DNA of 62,274 bases, the filler included, from Asterionella formosa (Eukaryota): the NCBI GenBank assembly GCA_002256025.1. It is 19 parts of 19 records of this genome, joined end to end, with 100 filler letters (N's around TTAATTAATTAA, not from the genome) between each part and the next. Parts side by side here need not be neighbours in the genome. Positions count along the whole stretch, not along the records: positions 45,532 to 47,305 come from NKIB01001222.1; positions 47,406 to 49,172 come from NKIB01001223.1; positions 49,273 to 51,044 come from NKIB01001225.1; positions 51,145 to 52,916 come from NKIB01001226.1; positions 53,017 to 54,788 come from NKIB01001227.1; positions 54,889 to 56,660 come from NKIB01001228.1; positions 56,761 to 58,532 come from NKIB01001229.1; positions 58,633 to 60,403 come from NKIB01001230.1; 11 more parts are not named here. One strand, written 5' to 3'. The position numbers were made by a program, and so were the translations under genes. The notes below the pieces were generated by a model, which saw only the letters and a program-made list of their open reading frames with translations, searched no databases and was not told where the DNA came from. Within the stretch, counting starts at the first letter, position 1; each line of letters opens with the position of its first letter. Positions 46,161 through 59,133 of the stretch are shown one piece after another.

Positions 46161-46881
46161 GCAGCGATGGTTACTTTGGTTTTGAAAGTTCTGACATAGT
46201 ACTACAGCGTGCATGTTGGACATACTGGGCGAGGTTACTGCTGCATGGAATCGCATGTTACTACTTTGCATATCTACTTGAATGACGTAAACGTAGGAAT
46301 CCATATTGACTACTTTGAATGTAGTCACTAGAAACCGTATTTTTATCGTCGTAGAATCACTATATGTAGGACGCATCATATATAAATACAACAATAGCTA
46401 TACGGGTACTCTGGTACCAGGCACACTGGCGAGAACAACAACAACAAATCATCGAGGATTGCACCAAAATCAACATGTCATCAAACCGACAACTATAGTA
46501 CAAGGTACCGGTGTGTCGTTGGATGACACGACAGCAAGCAGCATCGCTCAAATTGAGGGAAAAACGAACTAATTCCCAAATAGGAATAATAATATTTCAT
46601 TTATTAAAGTAGTCTAATAGGAATGCTTTACTTTTCTTTTTATATTCAAGAAAAGCGTGCTTTAAAATTTTCTTATTCTACCATGTGTCCATACACATGT
46701 ATGAATCAAAAAACGCGCAGAAAGAAAGAACACATGATGGATTAAAAACACGACTGCGAAAAAACAAAAGACGCATGTCTCCGCAAAGCCAGCTCACGAT
46801 GGCTACAATTACACAACATCATCCACTCCTAGTCCGTCAAACTGATACCTGTTGTTCCACAGAGTGCAGAAGATATCCAGC

Positions 46882-47305
46882 ATGCCTACAGAAAATTGCT
46901 GTGGTAGACTTGAAGGCGAATGGTGCCTCGATTCCGGGGGTGTCGCGATTAGCTCTGTGTTATTATTTGGGTTTGTTCTGGTTCAGTTTGGGCCTCGTGT
47001 TGCCTTCCTTTATATTATTGCTGGTCTCACTGTCGTTGCGATGTACGGAAGTTTTTCTCGACGTGCTGCATCGTCGACAACGAATGACATTGAAACGCCC
47101 CCACTTCCCGTCACATCCGCGCCAATAGCGCCTGCTGTGGACTTTTCAACAGTCCTTGTGCGGCGGGTACAAGGCGAAGAGGACGCTCCGTTTACATGCG
47201 AGATTTGTTTGGATGAAGCGATGGTAGGAGATGAGATGGCAGGGTCACCAAACAAGGCATGCATTCATGAATTTCACTTTGAGTGTATCCGTCAGGCTTT
47301 GGAGC
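46882..47305 (+). CDS. Transmembrane RING-H2 E3 ligase-like protein, 3' truncated
   Basis: Hydrophobic N-terminal segments, then CEICLDE..SPNKACIHEFHFECI. Confidence 0.75.
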
Positions 47306-47405
47306 NNNNNNNNNNNNNNNNNNNNNNNNNNNNNNNNNNNNNNNNNNNNTTAATTAATTAANNNNNNNNNNNNNNNNNNNNNNNNNNNNNNNNNNNNNNN
47401 NNNNN

Positions 47406-48592
47406 AATTAAGTCGTACGCAACGCCGGGTGTACCAGGAAAGACATTGAACAAGAATGACGGTGAAGTCATTATGGAAGGAGAATATCGAAAAATTGTGG
47501 GCAAGTTACTATGGTCTACAAAGAAGGATTCGCCGGACTGTGCGAATGCGGTTCGGGAACTATCGGCTCATTTAAGTTGCCCAGGTGAAGAACAATGGCA
47601 TGCAGTGGCAAGAGTCATTGGTTACCTATCCAATATGGAGGATAGAGTTCTCAAGTTGCGTAAGCCAAAAGAGTTAAGAGTCATTGCCTACGTGGACAGT
47701 GACTGGGCTGCTAATAAGGTTAACAGGAAGAGCACGACTGGCTATCTTGTTACTATTGGCGGGGCACTTATCAGTTGGCAGTCGAAGGGACAACAAACGG
47801 TTACGCTGTCCAGTACGGAAGCCGAGTATGTGGCGATGTCCCAGTGTGGACAAGAGATCAAGTTTATAGCAATGCTACTGAATGAGGTTACTGGTGGAAA
47901 GGTCATGTTACCAAGTATCCTACGAGAAGACAATACAGGAGCTATTTTTATCGCGAAGAATCAGCAAATCGGAACCAGGACAAAACATATTGATATTAAG
48001 TATCATCATGTAAAGGACATGATTGAGGATGAAGAATTGGAAGTCATTTTTATAAGGTCGGAAGATAATTTTGCGGACATTATGACCAAGAACGTGAAGG
48101 AACAGATTCATACGAGATTGTCCGAACCAGTTCAGAGTGGAACGATGTTACAGCCTCTTGAGCGTGGCAATGGGGAGGATGTCAAGAATATTAGCCCGAG
48201 TCACAAGGATTGTGGACTCGATTGTAATCGAACGAGTCGAATATTGCATTGCCACGTCAATCAGCTGTCTAACGAGATCAGAGATTGAAGATTTCTATGG
48301 AAATGTTAAGTGGAAACTCGAAGAGAGTCTTAGAATGACTTTGCAGGAAGCAAAGATGCATGGAAAGGAAACATTTAGTTTAGCTTATAATTTAATTTGA
48401 GATTTAGATTATCAACCGAGGAAACAGTGTGTTAATTGACAGGAAGGTCAATTAGTCTATCTAGCAGGAAGGCTAGAAGCAGAGACAAGAGAGAAAGTGA
48501 GTGGTACTAGGTAGTACTACGATCACGTAAGAGTCTACGTGAAGAGAGACCCAACCCGCGGGAAGGGGGAAGGAGTACGGACCATTTCAACA
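47406..48592 (+). mobile_element. Ty1/copia RT C-terminus and RNase H with 3' LTR (48180-48592)
   Basis: YRKIVGKLLW, AYVDSDWA, RKSTTGY, LSSTEAEY, EDNTGA, RTKHIDIKYH, NFADIMTK; purine tract GGGGAGGA then TGTCAAGA...TTTCAACA. Confidence 0.92.
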
Positions 48593-50534
48593 CTGGTAGT
48601 GGTGGTGCCAGGAAGTACTTTGCACCTATTAGGTAGTATCAGAAATCCCGGTACCTGGTAGTCGATGGGTCATTGAGAAGAAAAAAACAGTTGACCAGGT
48701 AGCTACAGGTAAACTCTGTAAAGGAACCCAATAAAATTTGAACGAGCGAATGTTCTTTTGAATACATATGATGATAAGCAACTACCATACGGGTATCGTA
48801 AATACCTGGTCCTTGTACCCCGTTAAAGGGGTGTGATACGTATACATACACGGATGCAAACACCAAATTCAGGTTCTCTTCCAGTCACGCCTGACGTGTT
48901 ATCGTGACTGGGCGTCTGGCTGGCCTGCAAGCACAGGTTGAAGGGCGGCCACCATTGGTAAAATATAAGAAAGCGCACCCTCATCACCAAAGGACCAACA
49001 TACCGGTAGCACATACTAATAATACATAGATATGTAAACCTAATGCTGGTACCAGGTACCTGGTACTCGGAGTACCAGGTACCTGGTCCCCTCGTACTCC
49101 TGGTAGACCTACCTGGTACCAGGTACCTGGTATTAGGCTCTCTGCCTCACTTTTATTATTGTTGAGATGAGANNNNNNNNNNNNNNNNNNNNNNNNNNNN
49201 NNNNNNNNNNNNNNNNTTAATTAATTAANNNNNNNNNNNNNNNNNNNNNNNNNNNNNNNNNNNNNNNNNNNNCCGCGTCTGATGAAGCAATAATCGCGCA
49301 TCAGGATCGTTTGTTGCTCCTCGCTCCCAACCGCCTGGTACTGTATCAGGTACAATATCCCCACGTCCAGTCGTCCCCAACCTCCCTCCCAACCAGCAGC
49401 CAGCCCATCTCGCCCTTTGCTGGTGTTGCTTCCCTTGTTGCTTTTCTCCCTTCTCCCATGCTCCTATCTCCCCTCCTTGTAGATCTGGTACTGCGAACCC
49501 AAATATTTTATGGAATACCGGTAGATGGTGTAAAATAGTTAGTACATCTCCATTATGTATGATGATGGATCAAGCATAATAGCTGATGTAGTGAAGGGAT
49601 AATTTGAGTTGAGTCACAAAAGTGACTTGAACTATGATTACGCTCCAACTATGTGTTATAGCTAGTAAATGTGGCTTCCAAGGCCCACAGAATTACTTTG
49701 GAAGAGACTACCTCATTGAAGTAGAGTTAAAAAGATCAAAATGGATCTTCGGATGGAGCTTATTCTACTAGTAGTGGAGATCAAAGAATGTTCCATGTCC
49801 TTTCCAAAAAAATGCCTCATTTGCAGCAAGGACGCCCAAATCAGTATGGAATCCACATTGACGTCAATAAGCAACTTGGCCAGATGGATGGATGAGCTGA
49901 AAGGTTTGGCCAGTCAGAAAATATACAATCAGCTCGGGAATCTATCTCAGCCCGGAAACAGCCAGCTGGCAAAATCGTCATTTTCAAGTGGATGAAGGGC
50001 TTTTGAGATATTCCGGTCACCAGTTGTAATGGCACCTTGTTGAAGGGACTGACCAAAATGTGCCGAAGCCAGATGTTGTCGGTTTGTGGGGGGGGGGGGG
50101 GGGGGACGGGGGGGGGTGGGNNNNNNNNNNCCCCCACACGGGTTGAGTAGGTGATGGTGTTAAACTGTATTTATATTTGATTCATTGTTCCTTTTGACAG
50201 CAGAAACTTGTCTTGGTATTGAGGATGCTGTGGTTTGGTTAACCCTCCTGACTGGAATGATCACGAGCTTGATACATCATATCACGCTGTTCTCCAATTA
50301 TTTGGTTCCAAATGTCAGGGGATGAGATATGATATATAGCTCTTCACTTGGATTGTTACCCTGGTGGTTCTGTCTGTCATATGAGCGGTAGTTCTTCCGG
50401 CTACATTCACCACAGCTAGCTATTGCGCCCCGCAAAGCGTCCGCCATTATGTCCATAGTTTTGGGCACCACCACCTGATTGCGTGTCTTGATATACATAT
50501 CCAATGTTTCGTCCACTATTGCTACCGCATTGAC

Positions 50535-50780
50535 AATATCGCTAGGGTTGTAAAAACGGCGTGGAACAGGGAGTTTCCTATTATGAATTCCCATGATTCG
50601 AGTGTCCATTTGAATATTTGAATTAAATAGGAATCGGGGTCAAATTGATAGAGTAACATTCAAAAAAAATGATATTTAAACGTTTATACTTTTTCTACGT
50701 TGCTGAATGAAGACATAATTTCTCTCAATGCCAAAACACATATATAAATTAGGAGCATGCCAACATGTATGCTCATGGCT
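50535..50780 (-). repeat. Inverted copy of the dispersed repeat at 27108-27365, within a decayed minus-strand ORF region (50298-50885)
   Basis: Both copies translate HEHTCWH and share the MDT.IMG.H.RKLPVPR.FYNPSDI frame. Confidence 0.8.
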
Positions 50781-52346
50781 TGATGGTCCCCTTTTTTGAC
50801 AATTTTTTGGATAGTTATGATTCCAAGAGGGATAACTGCAACTTCTCTCCAGAAATGAGGTCCTTACCATCTGAATATAGATCATACCCCTAAGTCGAGG
50901 AATGACTGTATCTAAGAATATGCAAAGTAGTCGTATTGATGAAAGCTAATTTTACCTTCAACTATTTTATTTCGTTGCAGGTACTGTGTGGATTGAAGTA
51001 CAGAATAACATTATTTTGGAAAAAACAGACCTCGTGATGTGTAANNNNNNNNNNNNNNNNNNNNNNNNNNNNNNNNNNNNNNNNNNNNTTAATTAATTAA
51101 NNNNNNNNNNNNNNNNNNNNNNNNNNNNNNNNNNNNNNNNNNNNACCTGGCACCGGTAGCTAGTACCGCTAATTATAGGATCAACAAAAGTAATAGAAAA
51201 TAGTTTTTGTGGTAACAATCGAGTTTAAAAACACTCTTATTGAGTACTACTGGTACATAGGAATCAGAAAGCCTTACTCTGAACTAGGAATCAGTAGGAA
51301 TGTTCAGTACACTTCACTAAATAGTAACAAAAAATCAGAAGGTAATATAATCCCACACTCAATTGCAACAAATGTTGCTTTTCAGGATACCATTTAATCA
51401 CAGTTTTCAATGAAGCATACTACTAAACTAAAAAATGGGTATATTTGTGGCCCAATTGCTTACCTTGTCCTGGTTTCTTTTTTGAACCAGAACTTGTTAA
51501 CATATCAGCTATTTCTCTGCATAATTATCGCTCCTTTGCTGTAACAATGTTCAAGGAAATGGTCAATCAATTCAATACTGAATTGATCTTACCAAGTGAC
51601 CTGCATGTTACTATTTCAACACAGCAAGTGAATCCTGAGCAAGTGGATACTGATGAACTGATGATAAATGAAATGGTAGCAAGGAAATTACTTTGTGGGA
51701 ATGAGAAAGGTAGAGTTTATTCACAAACTAGCGCTTGTATGTAGATCCTGTGACTTATCGCTTAAAATCTGATGATTGTTTCTCTCTACAGAAGCAATGA
51801 TGTTACATTGTTGTTAACTACCTGAATCTCAAATGCCTTAATTACTTGTTCCATCAAAGAAATTTTCCTGTTCATAACAGCCAGTAGCTCTTTTGCTGTA
51901 AGAAAATGGGAGACAGAAGTGCTCAACGAAGTTCGAGTTTAAAAGATTTTCAATGTCATGATTGTGTGGTTGGTTGTTACTGCACCTGTTTGGCTGATTA
52001 CTATTTGGTTACATGAAATTCTTGCCCCTTCCTTCTAGTGATGCGAGAAAGTCAAGTGGGCGATATGCGGAGCCTGACGCTTCATTTGTTTTCCATTTGC
52101 CACTCAGGAATATCTCCCTATCAAATCAGGTGGAGGACCCTTCAGAATTACTTTTGCTTGCAGAAATTTATCTCAATCTTTAAGTTCTACATGCAAATAA
52201 TGTTGCAGCACTGGGTTCCATATCAAAAAAATCCAATTGTGAGCGAACTTTTCCCTTGTAAGTAGCCCGTAGTAGACTAACATCCATGACAAAGCACATG
52301 CAGAGCAAAAAAAATGAAAGACTTGTATTCTTCTAGGTGCCACAAT

Positions 52347-52916
52347 CTATTCTGGTGCCACATCGCAATCGTCAATTAGTCGGTTTCCGCCACCAGAACT
52401 AGCAGCCTTGATGGAAGTTGCCTCTGGCTGACAAATAGACAAAGAAGTTGCTGTAGTCTTAACAACTGTAGCAGCTGCTAGCGTTCCTGTTTCGTTGAGT
52501 GCAGCAGTGGGATGGGGTGGCATTGGGGTCAATAGCTTAGGGTTCGTGTGTGATTCTGGCTTTGTGGTTGTAGCAGCTACAGGTGAGTCTATCAGCATAA
52601 TGGGTGTGGCAACTTGAGATTGAGGTTTGGATATTGGCACCTTCATGGCTGTTTGAATTTCTGAAGCTGAAACCGGCTCTCTTGCTACTGCAAGTGATGA
52701 TGAAAGAACAAGGTTTGGCTTTGGTGTTGTAGCTGGGCTTGGTGACTCAACGGGCTTTTGACCGCCAACAGGACCCACGCTTTCGGAGCTTGTAGAGTAT
52801 GGATAAGGCCGGCGTTCATGGACAGCCCACTTCAGTCCAACAGCATCAAGCTTGTCGACAAACTCCTTCTTCAGTTTATGCTTCATATATGCTGACCGTT
52901 GTCGGTTTATCCAACG
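52347..52916 (-). CDS. C-terminal part of a helicase-associated (HA) domain protein
   Basis: RWINRQRSAYMKHKLKKEFVDKLDAVGLKW fits the HA pattern W..xQR...L..+GFxW; Pro/Ser/Thr-rich tail. Confidence 0.75.
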   Translation of the reverse strand, partial: RWINRQRSAYMKHKLKKEFVDKLDAVGLKWAVHERRPYPYSTSSESVGPVGGQKPVESPSPATTPKPNLVLSSSLAVAREPVSASEIQTAMKVPISKPQSQVATPIMLIDSPVAATTTKPESHTNPKLLTPMPPHPTAALNETGTLAAATVVKTTATSLSICQPEATSIKAASSGGGNRLIDDCDVAPE

Positions 52917-53574
52917 NNNNNNNNNNNNNNNNNNNNNNNNNNNNNNNNNNNNNNNNNNNNTTAATTAATTAANNNNNNNNNNNNNNNNNNNNNNNNNNNN
53001 NNNNNNNNNNNNNNNNTTCAGAGAATGTTTACTTGGAAGTTGAAATTGAGGAGGAAGGGGCATTTCCATTGCATTTTCAGGGAGAAAGCCGGTGCGATCT
53101 TGAAAATCTGAATATTGCATGGTTTCTGAATTCAACCCTTGGACAGTTTTTAGTCTCAATTGTTCGTCCTGTTGTGACTGAATATTGTTATAAACTGAAT
53201 CGTCGCTGTCGTTATGAAGTGAATGATTGTGGTCACTTGATTCAAGGATAGGACACATAATCTCTTCTTGTCTAATCTCCCTAAATGCTGCAGCAGTTGA
53301 CCTGCCATCATTAACTTCTTTCCTTGAATGATTAGATGCACTACCGCAATACATAGTTTCACTATGTATTCCAGGAACTCGATGTTCCTGCATGCAATGT
53401 CGACAGCAGTGCTGACCATATGCATAAAAACCACGGTTGCTACAATTTCGATTGTGAGACTCAGATGGGGATTTGTTCTTCCGAAATTTGTAGTTACACA
53501 GATAACACCATTTCAATGTGCGCAAAGACATTGCAAATTGCAAATGATGACCAAGTCAGGATATGAACAGGATA

Positions 53575-54788
53575 TGTTGGAAATATGCGAGCTGACTGCC
53601 ACAGGACAGGCGTGAAGGGTATAGTAGACACGAGAGAGAACAGTACTACAGTTAAAACCGTACAGCCACTACCAAGATTTACCTGGGCCGACGTGGTAAA
53701 AGGCACAACGCAAGGAAAAGCAATCAGAGGTCAGGAAAAAATGCTAAAATGCAATGTGAGTAATAAGAGTGTTTCGAGACCATTATCTCGAAACAATCCA
53801 GTTAGTAAAGTGAAAGTTTAAGTTTGACAACTTCCTTGTTGTTGCTATCAATTTCATCAACTGTATTCGATTAACATAGTACTAGGTTCAAGGCCTACAA
53901 TACGGTCGAATACGGTAGTTGTTACAACATTGTTTCGAGATAAAATAAAAATAAAATAAAACAAAAGGAACAGCCATTCACATGGAAGGCTGGAGTTTCA
54001 ACATTTCAATCGAGGTTTTGAACACTTTATAGATTCGAGTAGGGCAGCTGAAGGCCGCAGCCACCAATCAAGGAACCAACGAACCCCATGAGCGCCACCC
54101 CAGACGCAACGACAAGCGGCAGCTTAGCGAGTGGACGCGGCAGCACCGGTGGGAGAGGGCGAAGGGACAACCGTCCGCGCGGGAGCCATGGCGGTCGTGC
54201 AAGGACACAAGTGACAAGCAACAACTTTGGCATTTTTAAGGGCAGCACAGAGGGCATGAACGGAAACGTATTTGAATGCTATGAAGAACAAAGTGACAGA
54301 CGCCAGTACGCCAAAACGTTAGAAGTTCTAGACGGATATGTGAGGAAAACACTGAAGTACTCTGAAGACCTTGCCCCTTTGTTGGCCGACACCATGGCGG
54401 TTCCCATGGTAGACATGCCAGATGACCTAGATGACGATGCAGGACTGACCATGAAAATGATTTTCGCAGAAGAAGTAAAAACGTATGTCAAGCGCAATCA
54501 TACCCTGAAGAGCAACCTAGCAACAGTGTATGCGGTGATTTGGGGCCAGTGTAGTGATGACATGAAGGCAAAGATCAAAACGCACGATGACTACAAGGAC
54601 AAGACTGCCAACAACGATTGTTTTTGGCTTCTAAAACAGATCAAGTCGATTACTCTACAGTTCGATCAGAGCAGGAATGGTTTCATTGCACTTTTGGACG
54701 CCCAGACCAGTTTCCTCAATTGTCGTCAGTTACAAGGACAGTCCGCAGAAGACTACGTCGAGTGTTTGCGAGGATGGGCTGAGACCAT
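53575..54788 (+). mobile_element. CoDi-like copia 5' LTR (53575-54003) and Gag ORF from 54088 to contig end
   Basis: LTR bounded by TGTTGGAAA...TTTCAACA; Gag motifs FECYEEQSDRRQYAKTLE and YAVIWGQCSDDMKAKIK. Confidence 0.85.
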
Positions 54789-54888
54789 NNNNNNNNNNNN
54801 NNNNNNNNNNNNNNNNNNNNNNNNNNNNNNNNTTAATTAATTAANNNNNNNNNNNNNNNNNNNNNNNNNNNNNNNNNNNNNNNNNNNN

Positions 54889-55173
54889 AATTGCTGAAGC
54901 AGGAGGTATCACTTCTATTGTGTCTGCAATGAAGATTCATCCAGAGTTTCCTTATGTCCAAGAATATGGTTGTGGAGCACTTTGGAACTTGGCTTTAAAT
55001 GATGGCAACAAGGGGGGATTGCTGATGAAGGAGGTATCGCTGCGATTGTGGTTTCAATGAAGAAACATCCAGAGAATCCTAATGTCCAGGAATATGGTTG
55101 TGCAACACTTCGTAACTTGGCTTTGAATGTTGACAACCAGTTGATGATTGCTGACAATGGAGGTATTGCTTCA
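54889..55173 (+). pseudogene. Armadillo-repeat protein fragment (frameshift in a G run, truncated)
   Basis: IAEAGGITSIVSAMKIHP..VQEYGCGALWNLA and IADEGGIAAIVVSMKKHP..VQEYGCATLRNLA; 1-nt shift near 55015; ends in GGTACC-rich DNA. Confidence 0.75.
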
Positions 55174-55595
55174 GGAAAACTTTACCTGTACCAGGTGCCA
55201 GTTGGACTGGTTCCTGGTACCAGCACCACCAGCTGGGGAGGGTACACATAGACACCTGGTACAAGTTCTACGTGGGTGTTCATTGATTTTCTTATCCTGT
55301 ATCATTCTATACAGAGTACCTGGTACTGTATAGTTGAACACCACGTACGCACGCAAGAATGCACACGCTGAACTCCTCCTACCTAGTACAGTAAGTACCA
55401 GGTACCAGTAATTAATCAACAGCCAAGGAGATCATGGTGCCAGGCACCAGGTACCAGGTACCAGAACCAGTAATTAATCAACAGGCAAGGAGATCATGGT
55501 ACCAGGTATCTGGTACCTGGTTTCTGGTACATAAAAAGAAGCCAAGCTACCGCTATCAGGTACCAGGTACTGGTACCGCCCGGAATCCTACACTA

Positions 55596-56397
55596 CCCGT
55601 AAAACCTGGTGTCTCGTATCCCCCCTGATAGCTGTACCCCCCTTCGTACATCTGGCACCACACCCCCAAATATTTAATGTCGACAGAAAAAATAACAGCA
55701 TATTATTGTATTCTAGCTATTTATTAATGCATTTACTATAATTGTATTCTTACCGGTCACCATCATGAAACAACAATCAACAACAACACGAGCGATGCCA
55801 ATGACATTTGCGATGGCGATATCCTTGTCCTGAGATCTATTTCAAAAGTCGAAGCTGCAACTTGCATGCTTGTTGTGGAGCAATTATCAAGCTGAATGCT
55901 AAAGGCTCAGGCAGTTCTGGCCTTGACGTTGTCGGCTTGCCGGAAGTGTTCACAGAATCATTTCGTCTGCTGCCTCATGATTCAGAAATATATCGTGCAT
56001 GTCATGATTCTGGTCGAACAATCATATAAGTGATGTGGTTGGCTTATATTAATTTTCATCACGATCCAAGTCGGAGAGTCTTCACAAGTTAATACCGTTG
56101 TAGGATTAGGTACAAATGGGTACACACACCTGGAATTACTATTGATGCCATCACAAAACTCGGGCGCACCGGTGCACCAAAAATAGAAATTGTATTGATC
56201 ATAGAAACTGTTTGAACATACAACAATTTATCTTTTAATAGTGCTATTTACGTTTTAGACTACGGAGAAAACGGTGGTGAAGTTGGTTTGCTTGCAGCGT
56301 TGGATTATCAAAAAAGGTCCGATGTCTTGTACTCCCCTCTAAGTAAAATCAGTCGTGGCTGTGTACATTGAGGGGTACGAGACACGAGGTTTTACGG
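55596..56397. mobile_element. About 800-bp MITE-like Tc1/mariner-superfamily element with about 26-bp TIRs flanked by TA
   Basis: Left TA|(C)CCGTAAAACCTGGTGTCTCGTATCCCC; right GGGGTACGAGACACGAGGTTTTACGG|TA. Confidence 0.8.
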
Positions 56398-56760
56398 TAC
56401 CAGGTACTGGTAACTGGTACCAGGTACCAGGTACCAGAGACCAGGTACCAGTAAAGTTCTTGGTCCTGGTACGGGAATACCGGTTGCGTACCTGTAGGTA
56501 AAACCGTCCTTCCCCGGTCAGCCAACCCAGCAGCTTAATCAGGGCAGAAAAATGGGGAGTTTTGTCTCCCCAAAAATTGTACTATCAAGAAAAGAGGACG
56601 CTTGTACAAACCGCATGTTTGTATAATCCTGTGAATCATTTGTCGTCTTATGCACATATGNNNNNNNNNNNNNNNNNNNNNNNNNNNNNNNNNNNNNNNN
56701 NNNNTTAATTAATTAANNNNNNNNNNNNNNNNNNNNNNNNNNNNNNNNNNNNNNNNNNNN

Positions 56761-58254
56761 TTTGGACTTTTGCGAGAGTCTATGGGGCCACGCTCTTGAG
56801 GCCTATTCTTGTGGGAACAATCTATGTCCCATGCAGAGCGGATCGCATCCGAGTGCTCAGGGCCCTGCCCCGAGCCTTGGACGCTCTACATCGGGAGTTT
56901 CCAGAAGATCCCATTGTGATGATGGGAGACTTCAACATGAAGATGACGGAGTTGCAGATTCTGATGGGACCGTGGCGGCTTCCCTTTCGGGTGTTACCCA
57001 TCCGAGGGGGGGCCTCCACTCGCCAAAGCCGGCGGGAGGGACAGCCAACACCTGCCATTGATTTCATCACATATTGTGGTGACACAGTGGCGGCTGTCCC
57101 CCCTGCCAGGGTCCTCGACACATGGGATATTTCGGACCACTTCCCAGTTGTTGCGGACCTACCTGGGCTTACCAGAATCCCAGAGATGGGGATTGCCCCA
57201 CCACGGCCGGAATCACTGTACCGGCGGATTGTGATGGAGGAGAAGGAACTCAAAGTAACCGTGGCTAGTAGTAACTATTGGCAGCCACTAGCTGACTCGC
57301 TGGAGGAGGACCTGGAGGATGTAATCGAGTGTTCACATTCACTCGAAAACCCCACCAGTTACCACCAGGAAAGGTTGGATGGTATGGCCAAGAAGTTCAC
57401 TACAACATGTCACCAGGTGGCAGAGGACCTGAACCTCCACCAACGGGTGGCGGGACAAAACCCACCAAGAGTGACAGGACAGGTACGTCGGGCGATTGAG
57501 ACCCGAAGGAGGATTTTCCGGGAAACCCGGAGGGCGGAGTCGCGAGGAGACCGTGAAGATGTAGCACGGCTTGGGGACATGTACAAGGCTGCCAAAGAGA
57601 GGGCGCGGAAGGTGATCCGCCTCTCGGGTAGGCGGGCATGGTATAAGGCAATTAGGGAGGCTCATGTCAATATGCGCGAGGGGCAGTCCCAAAGACCAAG
57701 CAGGACTGGCTTTGATAGTTCGGTGTCGGATTGGGGCATTTGTAACTGTCCCCACCTTGGTGGGGTGGAAGCGAATGCCTCATAGGTATTTAAGGAAGTG
57801 TCCATTTTGTGGTATGGATGAACCAGAAACGCTGGAACACTTAGTGTTCACGTGTGGTCGGTGGCGTGTTCTACGCACCGAGCCACACATGGCAGAATTG
57901 ATCGCGAAAGTTCGGACGTTAGGGCCGAAGTTCGCCCTCGGTTTTGACCAACAACGGTTGGCATGGCTCCTCGGAGGGAGTTGTGACAACCGCTGGGTAC
58001 ATGGATGGATGATGGGTGATCCAACCGGAATCACAGCACAGCAAAACTGTGACTCTTCGGTTGAAAGCTCATCATCCGATGGGGACGGTAGCCAGATGGA
58101 ACGGAACCCGGCAGGGGCCACCACCCTTGCCAGGTTCCTGATGAGCGTTGTTAGCCTTCGTGCTAACATAATCAGGTCCCGTTGGGGGTCTTACGCAAGT
58201 GAGGCATTTGACGGGGTCCCACACACCTCCACGGGCCAACGCCCCGACGGGTAG
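56761..58254 (+). mobile_element. APE-type non-LTR retrotransposon lacking its RT domain
   Basis: Endonuclease motifs VGTIYVP, IVMMGDFN, AIDFIT, ISDHFPV; near 57680 it jumps to the C-terminal zinc motif CPFCGMDEPETLEHLVFTC; no RT motifs between. Confidence 0.85.
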
Positions 58255-59133
58255 GGCAGACCGCGTACTGGTCAAGACTGGGGCTGCACACAGGTTTTTA
58301 GTGAGTGAAAGTCTCACACTACCTCGCCCAGGTGAGAGGGGCGGGGTGCCTCACCGGACACTGGGACATGATTGGATGACGGGGTGCCTCAAAAACATTC
58401 CTGAACACATGCACTGGCGGGAGGAGTTCGAAACCTCCCATGATGCCCCCCAAGCACCCCACATCGATGGGGCAGGCGGGCAAAGCGGCCGGATAGGTTT
58501 TCTCCTGGCGCCTTGGAACAGCCAAAAAAAAANNNNNNNNNNNNNNNNNNNNNNNNNNNNNNNNNNNNNNNNNNNNTTAATTAATTAANNNNNNNNNNNN
58601 NNNNNNNNNNNNNNNNNNNNNNNNNNNNNNNNCTGGAAGGCCATTGATACGGAGGAGAGGTCATGTTCGTGGAGAGGGTTTGTTTATGATAACACTCGGG
58701 ATAAGTTCGCAAACTGCAAAACCGTAATCCATATGATGGTCACTTCACAACTCGAAAAGCACCGAACTAATGGATACAACATGATACCACACAACCACAT
58801 AGAAAGCCAAATAAAGGGGAACCCTACATCAATACGATGTTGACGTGTCCACTTTCGCATGAAAATGAAGGGAATTGTGTCAATGGTCTCCTCCAATCAG
58901 ATCACGTTGTTTCTCCAGGTCAGAAAGTATGTATCAGGAACGGTAATCCATGTTCGTAATTTCGGAGTAATAATAAGTACTATAGAGGAGAGTCTGAACC
59001 AAGGTCGTACAGTATATACAAAAAATTTGTGGGAAACGGTATCTGGTACCCAGTACCTCAGGAGTTGTTGGCGTACCAGTTGTTCCTCGGAATGGACCTG
59101 AGGGACACGTCACTTCGTCTGACCTTCAACTAA

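Noticed and set aside
49590..50080. Protein-like frames in the contig starting at 49273
   Set aside because: Several stops and no motif I can assign
50088..50136. Poly-G / N / poly-C stretch as a G-quadruplex or Pro-rich ORF
   Set aside because: Flanks an internal N gap; likely low-quality sequence
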